Source: an uncultured virus (IMG/VR IMGVR_UViG_3300046519_000252) (Duplodnaviria; Heunggongvirae; Uroviricota; Caudoviricetes). From it: DNA of 64,000 nt. Numbering within the stretch: the first letter of the stretch is position 1; each line of letters opens with the position of its first letter. The notes beneath the pieces were generated by a model, which saw nothing but the letters and a program-made list of their open reading frames with translations, was not told where the DNA came from and made no database searches. Position numbers and translations under genes: made by a program. The stretch is from the IMG/VR virus record IMGVR_UViG_3300046519_000252. One strand, 5' to 3'. Shown piece after piece: positions 59,673 through 64,000 of this stretch.

Positions 59673-60106
59673 GTCTCTACCCTAGCACGTTGAGTAGCCA
59701 GCCCCGAGAACATGGCTTGGATCAGGTCACCTGTCTCATCGGAGCTGCGGTCCAGCAACACCAGGGGATCCACCGGACCGAATAGATCGTGATAGATCAC
59801 CTGCAAGCCAAGCATTGTCGCCGGGTTCTGGGTGCGGTACCCGCTGATTCGAGGATCCGAGTTCCGACCGGCCTTCCCTTCGCGCACGTTGCAGCCCTGA
59901 CACAACAAGCCTCGAACCAGGGTCGTCCGGTGACAGTGGTCCATTACCAACCGGTCTCTCCGGTACCCGCAGAGAGCACACCGGTTGTCTTGCCAAACCG
60001 TCAGCAGCTCGCGGGCTTCTGGAAAGCCGTCCTCGGCCAGCGCTGCGACTTGTATCCGGTGATCCTCAGTGACTGCCCAGTCCCAGCAGGCCGGTTTGCC
60101 GTCCAT
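59669..60106 (-). CDS. recombination endonuclease VII-like protein
   Basis: QDNRCALCG..LVMDHCH..VRGLLCQGCN. Confidence 0.88.
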   Translation of the reverse strand: MDGKPACWDWAVTEDHRIQVAALAEDGFPEARELLTVWQDNRCALCGYRRDRLVMDHCHRTTLVRGLLCQGCNVREGKAGRNSDPRISGYRTQNPATMLGLQVIYHDLFGPVDPLVLLDRSSDETGDLIQAMFSGLATQRARVET

Positions 60107-60118
60107 CGGTAGTCCCTT

Positions 60119-60868
60119 CTAAGCGGTGAGTTTCAGGGCGTCTTGCCCCAGAGCGACCTTGCGAGCGGTAGCGGGCCACCAGCACCGTCCGCCGTGGGCG
60201 GTGGGGACCTGGTCGGCATTCAAGCCCGCTGCGATCGAGGCCCAGGTTTTTTCCCCGCCGACACGTTCTCCGATAATGCGAGCGACGACCTCGTGCGGCA
60301 GCACGGAGGGTCTGCCCAGACGAATACCGCGTGCCTTGAGAGCGGCCAGAGCCTCCCGGGTGCGGGCCTTGATGAGGTTGCGCTCCATCTCGGCGAACAC
60401 GGCTTGGATCTGAAACAACGCGATGCCTCCGGGGGTGGTGAGGTCCACTTCGCCATCGGCGGTGGCCATGGACCAACCCTCTTCCTGGCACTGGGCAGCC
60501 AGGTTGAGCAGATCCTTGGCGCTGCGGGCAAGCCGGTCCACGCGCATGAACAGGAGGACCGATGAAGGGCCCTGCTGCATACGCTGCAAACAGTTACTAA
60601 GCGCCTCTCGGTGCAGGGGAGGGATGGACCCGGAGACACCGTCGTCCACGAACCAACCGTCGTCGGGGATGTACAGGTTCTGTTTGGCGGCACGTTCTTC
60701 AATGCCTGCCTTCTGAGCTTCGAGTCCGGCACCGGATTCGACCTGTTCCTCGGTGGACACTCTCAGGTAACCCAAGGCCATAGCTTTGTCTCGATGGATG
60801 GCTGTAAGGGCTCGTCGTCTGCGTCGGGGCTTACCTGGAGGTTTGTTCGATTCGGGGTGGGTGATCAT
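60119..60868 (-). CDS. small serine recombinase (resolvase/invertase family)
   Basis: GYLRVSTEEQ, DDGVSG, RVDRLARS, FAEMERNLIKART..G..LGRP; start possibly 60781. Confidence 0.92.
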   Translation of the reverse strand: MITHPESNKPPGKPRRRRRALTAIHRDKAMALGYLRVSTEEQVESGAGLEAQKAGIEERAAKQNLYIPDDGWFVDDGVSGSIPPLHREALSNCLQRMQQGPSSVLLFMRVDRLARSAKDLLNLAAQCQEEGWSMATADGEVDLTTPGGIALFQIQAVFAEMERNLIKARTREALAALKARGIRLGRPSVLPHEVVARIIGERVGGEKTWASIAAGLNADQVPTAHGGRCWWPATARKVALGQDALKLTA

Positions 60869-61555
60869 GCGTAAACTATACGCCCCTTTGGTATACGTGA
60901 CTCGTCGTCAACTTGTACCTAATTAGGGCAGTTGTCCGAATGAGCCGACAGCTAGCTCCACCCGCTAGCACTTCCTGTACTAACGCAACTACTAACTACC
61001 TACTAGTAACTTCCAAACTAGTAGTTGCGCGTGCATGTATGTCCCCCGGGGTACGGTTGCGCGGATGACGGCGAGGGGGTTGCGGTGGTTCCGGCGAAAG
61101 ACCTTTACCTGATGTGGTTGATGCTGGGTGGTTCCTACCAGCGGGTAGCCGAGCACTACGGTCTTGCAGATCGTCACGGGGTGTACAAACGGGTGCGTCG
61201 GTATGAGGCGAAGCTGCAACGGGGTTGCGTGTGTACCGACGGGTACCGTTGCTGGTGCGGGTAGTTGCAGACAGCAAAAACCGTCCCTCCCGCGTAGGAC
61301 TCGGGAGGGACGGCGGTGGCAAGCTAGCAGGTCTCAGCGGTCGGGCGGTGTGGGGACTGGCTTCGGGTAGCCGACTTCAACATCCCCTTGGTATTGCGGG
61401 TGTTGGGATTGCGCTTGGATCTTCTGCAACCAGGCGAGGACGGCGGGGTTGGCGGCGTTGAAGCGGATGGTGAGTTCGTGTGTCATGCAGTCATGGCATC
61501 ACGGGGTTTGCCAGATTCGGGAGAAAAACAGCCCCTCCGGCCTACACTGGGACTT

Positions 61556-61705
61556 CTCCAGTTCGTACAACGGCCCGCTCCGGCGGGGACTGCTGACACC
61601 TCGCCCGGGGGCGCCCAAGTATTACCCGGCATGAGATGAATGAAGGCGGTCAGGACACCCCCTGAGGTGGGGGAGACGGGGGTTCGACTCCCCCACTGGG
61701 GACCG
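61556..61705 (+). ncRNA. tRNA-like element with a 76-nt D-loop insertion
   Basis: acceptor CTCCAGT/ACTGGGG, D-stem GTAC/GGAC, anticodon arm CCCC-CTGAGGT-GGGG, T-arm GGGGG-TTCGACT-CCCCC. Confidence 0.55.
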
Positions 61706-61866
61706 CGTTTCACTCTTACCGAACCTCGGCTAGCACAGCTCAGTGCGCTTGTTCGCATTTTCCCCAACCAGCAAGCAAGTGACGGCATATGACGTACCGT
61801 CATGCCAGAGGGACGGAACATCCTGTCTTTCGCACACCGTTTTACGACACTGGAGGAGTACCCCCT

Positions 61867-62376
61867 ATGACCACCTCTCAGACGGGGCTCATGTCGTCTG
61901 CTCTCGGTCTGCTCAACAACGACGATGCCGAGCGTGTTGCCGCTTTGGTCGTACGTGACAACGAGGGCGTCACCGACCAGGCCCAGGCTCTCGCCATCGT
62001 CGACGAGGCGCTGAAGTTCCTCAGCGCCGCCACCACGAGCAAGCCCGGCGACGGCCGCAGGCTGCGCCCCTCGCGCGTCGTCGATATGGGCTGGCACGCC
62101 CTCATCCTGCACACCGAGCTGTACATGACGCTCTGCCACAAGATCGGGCGCTACATCCACCACCGCCCCGAGGGCCCCGAGACGCTGCGTCGTGAGGCCA
62201 CCACCCTCGACATCACCCAGGCCGCGATCCGCGAGGCCGGATACGAGCCCGTCGAATACTTCTGGGGCACCAAGGGCGACACCGAGATCAAGGGTGGCGA
62301 CTGCCAACACACCGAGTGCCACCAGGACCCCGGCTGCACCGCGCCTCCCGTGGCCCAGATCGCCGTCGGCGGCTAG
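61867..62376 (+). CDS. glycine-rich-domain (DUF1399-like) protein with Cys-containing tail
   Basis: GGAGG RBS; PSRVVDMGWHALILHTELY..C..IHHRP. Confidence 0.75.
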   Translation: MTTSQTGLMSSALGLLNNDDAERVAALVVRDNEGVTDQAQALAIVDEALKFLSAATTSKPGDGRRLRPSRVVDMGWHALILHTELYMTLCHKIGRYIHHRPEGPETLRREATTLDITQAAIREAGYEPVEYFWGTKGDTEIKGGDCQHTECHQDPGCTAPPVAQIAVGG

Positions 62377-62429
62377 TCACGCCGCGTGGGAACAACGGTA
62401 CAGTGAGTCACGGTTCCTAGGAGGGGTAC

Positions 62430-62630
62430 ATGAGTGAGACCAGGTGGGTTGATCCCCGGTACGCCGAACTGGTGGACATGTTCGACAAGCTGGTTGCCCG
62501 TCGCCGCCGTCAGGGACCGGTGATGCGATGCCGCGCCTGCACTCACGGCCTCGGGGCCATAGTGATGGTCGACCTCGCAACCAAGAAGCCGATCACCCCG
62601 ATTCGCTGTGCCCGCTGTTCATCCCTGTAG
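62430..62630 (+). CDS. small zinc-finger protein
   Basis: AGGAGG RBS; CRAC..CARC. Confidence 0.6.
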   Translation: MSETRWVDPRYAELVDMFDKLVARRRRQGPVMRCRACTHGLGAIVMVDLATKKPITPIRCARCSSL

Positions 62631-62694
62631 GTGGCCTTACGCCCTCTACATCAAAAAGACCCCTCCCGCCGGATGGTCGGGAGGGGTCTTTTTG

Positions 62695-62868
62695 TCACAC
62701 GCCCGCAGGCGTCGGGGAGAACAGACGGCAGTTCAGGCAGAGCCGTCCTTCCACCCAACACTCAGGTATACAGGGCCCGTTGTGCTTGCTTGGCGGCTTG
62801 GTGGTGTAGGCCTTGGTGTTGGTCGAGCGGCAGTTACGACACTGGTGTGGGGTGGCGGGAGTACTCAT
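62695..62868 (-). CDS. small zinc-finger protein (57 aa)
   Basis: CRNC..CLNC; ends at a bidirectional terminator. Confidence 0.5.
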   Translation of the reverse strand: MSTPATPHQCRNCRSTNTKAYTTKPPSKHNGPCIPECWVEGRLCLNCRLFSPTPAGV

Positions 62869-62883
62869 GACAGGTAGTTTCCC

Positions 62884-63618
62884 CTATGACGTGGGTGGCA
62901 GGAACTGGATAATGTCGATGTCCTGGGGGAGGAACTCGGCGTTGTCGGGGAACCGTTCGCGCCACTTTGGCGGGATAGTCCCCTGGCACCACAGGTTGTT
63001 CGTGGTGACCGTGCGGCCGTCGAAAAACGTGATGCACCAGCGCCGCCCGCCAAAGCCCTTGAAGCCGTGAGACGACGTGTCGAGGCTGATGATGTAGTGC
63101 GTGTGGTCCACGACAACCCGCTGCGTCGGATCATCACCGTCGCGCACCCCGCCGGGTCCCCAGAACCAGTCGGCATGGTCCTCAGAGTCTTCGATCTGTA
63201 CGAGGGTTTGTCCATTCGGCGGCAAAGTGGCGGTGATCAGGTGGTTTGTGTTGGTTCCGTCTGCGTTTCCCTGGCTGTACATGCACCGGGCGACCGCTGT
63301 GCCGTCATCGTGATGGGTGAACAGGGGAGCCCCGCGTGAGCTGCCGTGACGCCCTTGGGGCATACGGTCTATGGTTTTCTGGACGGCTTTCCAGAGGGTG
63401 TCTTCCTCCTGCTTCTTGCTGGCGACGAACTCCAGGGTCTGGGTGCCGAGTTCTGTCATGGCGCCTTGGTTGGGGCCGGTGAGTTCCACAAGGCCTTGTG
63501 CTGCGAGGGTAGTCAGGGCTTTCTGCTCGGATGCGTTGTAGGCCGTGATCTTCCCGTGGCTGCGCTGGGCTACTTCTAGCTTCCAGCGTTCATCATGGGT
63601 GAGGTTGATGATGGTCAT
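62884..63618 (-). CDS. hypothetical phage protein
   Basis: box at 63646; GFGGR..I.FFDG..TNNLWCQGTIP. Confidence 0.7.
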   Translation of the reverse strand: MTIINLTHDERWKLEVAQRSHGKITAYNASEQKALTTLAAQGLVELTGPNQGAMTELGTQTLEFVASKKQEEDTLWKAVQKTIDRMPQGRHGSSRGAPLFTHHDDGTAVARCMYSQGNADGTNTNHLITATLPPNGQTLVQIEDSEDHADWFWGPGGVRDGDDPTQRVVVDHTHYIISLDTSSHGFKGFGGRRWCITFFDGRTVTTNNLWCQGTIPPKWRERFPDNAEFLPQDIDIIQFLPPTS

Positions 63619-63704
63619 GTAGTCCCCCAAGATTACAGATGATGTATCTACCCTAACACTAAGGGGGAGGGCCGTCAAACCCTCCCCCTAGCTCTGACCT
63701 GGGA

Positions 63705-63965
63705 TTAGTCCTCCAGGCCCGTCGCCCACGCGAACAGGGTGGCGAGGTTGACGGCGGCGACCGGCTCCCCGTCTTTCTTGAGGATGACGTGCTGTTCCAC
63801 GGTGACGGAACGGGTCGCGTCGGCGGGCCAGAATCCCGCGTTGTCGAACGAGGTGCCGTGGGTGAGGGCCGTGACCTCCTGCTCATCCGGCTCGTGCCAG
63901 TCGGGGCGGACGCCAAGGGTGTTGGCGAGGGCAACCAGCTGGGCCTTTGTGGTGATGCGCTGCAT
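63705..63965 (-). CDS. cassette hypothetical protein
   Basis: box at 63992 plus GAGGAG. Confidence 0.75.
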   Translation of the reverse strand: MQRITTKAQLVALANTLGVRPDWHEPDEQEVTALTHGTSFDNAGFWPADATRSVTVEQHVILKKDGEPVAAVNLATLFAWATGLED

Positions 63966-64000
63966 GGGAATCTCCTCGGTGGTGGGTATATATCTACCCT

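Noticed and set aside
61663..61668. Phage-encoded bldA-like tRNA-Leu(UAA) that would bypass the TTA gate
   Set aside because: The apparent anticodon is GAG, not TAA, and there is no long variable arm.

Overview
High-GC window that looks like part of a large actinobacterial (most likely Streptomyces) phage or phage-plasmid. The host is inferred from composition and gene families and is not shown directly. Positions 0.3-12 kb are a replication, recombination and nucleotide-metabolism block: SNF2 helicase, RuvC-like resolvase, PD-(D/E)XK exonuclease, SLOG protein, ThyX, PnuC-like protein, dATP/dGTP diphosphohydrolase-like protein, Sak4-like ATPase with an SSB-like partner, family A DNA polymerase and a terminase-small-subunit-like gene. 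Positions 12-30 kb hold a hairpin-rich non-coding block, a deaminase, a papain-like peptidase, a thermonuclease, two paralogous tail-fibre/beta-helix proteins, and an RHH + P-loop helicase pair followed by an iteron-like putative origin. Positions 30-64 kb are two converging arms (+ to about 43.7 kb, then mostly -) of small accessory genes, plus ArdC-like, HicA-like, GntR, endolysin, endonuclease VII and serine resolvase genes. No capsid, portal or large terminase gene was recognised in the window. The strongest signals are: (1) about 45 copies of one box, TGCTAGGGTAGAT(A/G), which forms terminator-promoter-RBS gene cassettes and sometimes sits reversed like an operator; (2) rare TTA (bldA-dependent) Leu codons concentrated in virion, lysis and packaging-type genes and not seen in the core replication genes; (3) a tRNA-like cloverleaf interrupted by a 76-nt D-loop insert; (4) a roughly 420-nt multi-hairpin candidate ncRNA. 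All protein calls come from motif recognition by eye, with no database search.
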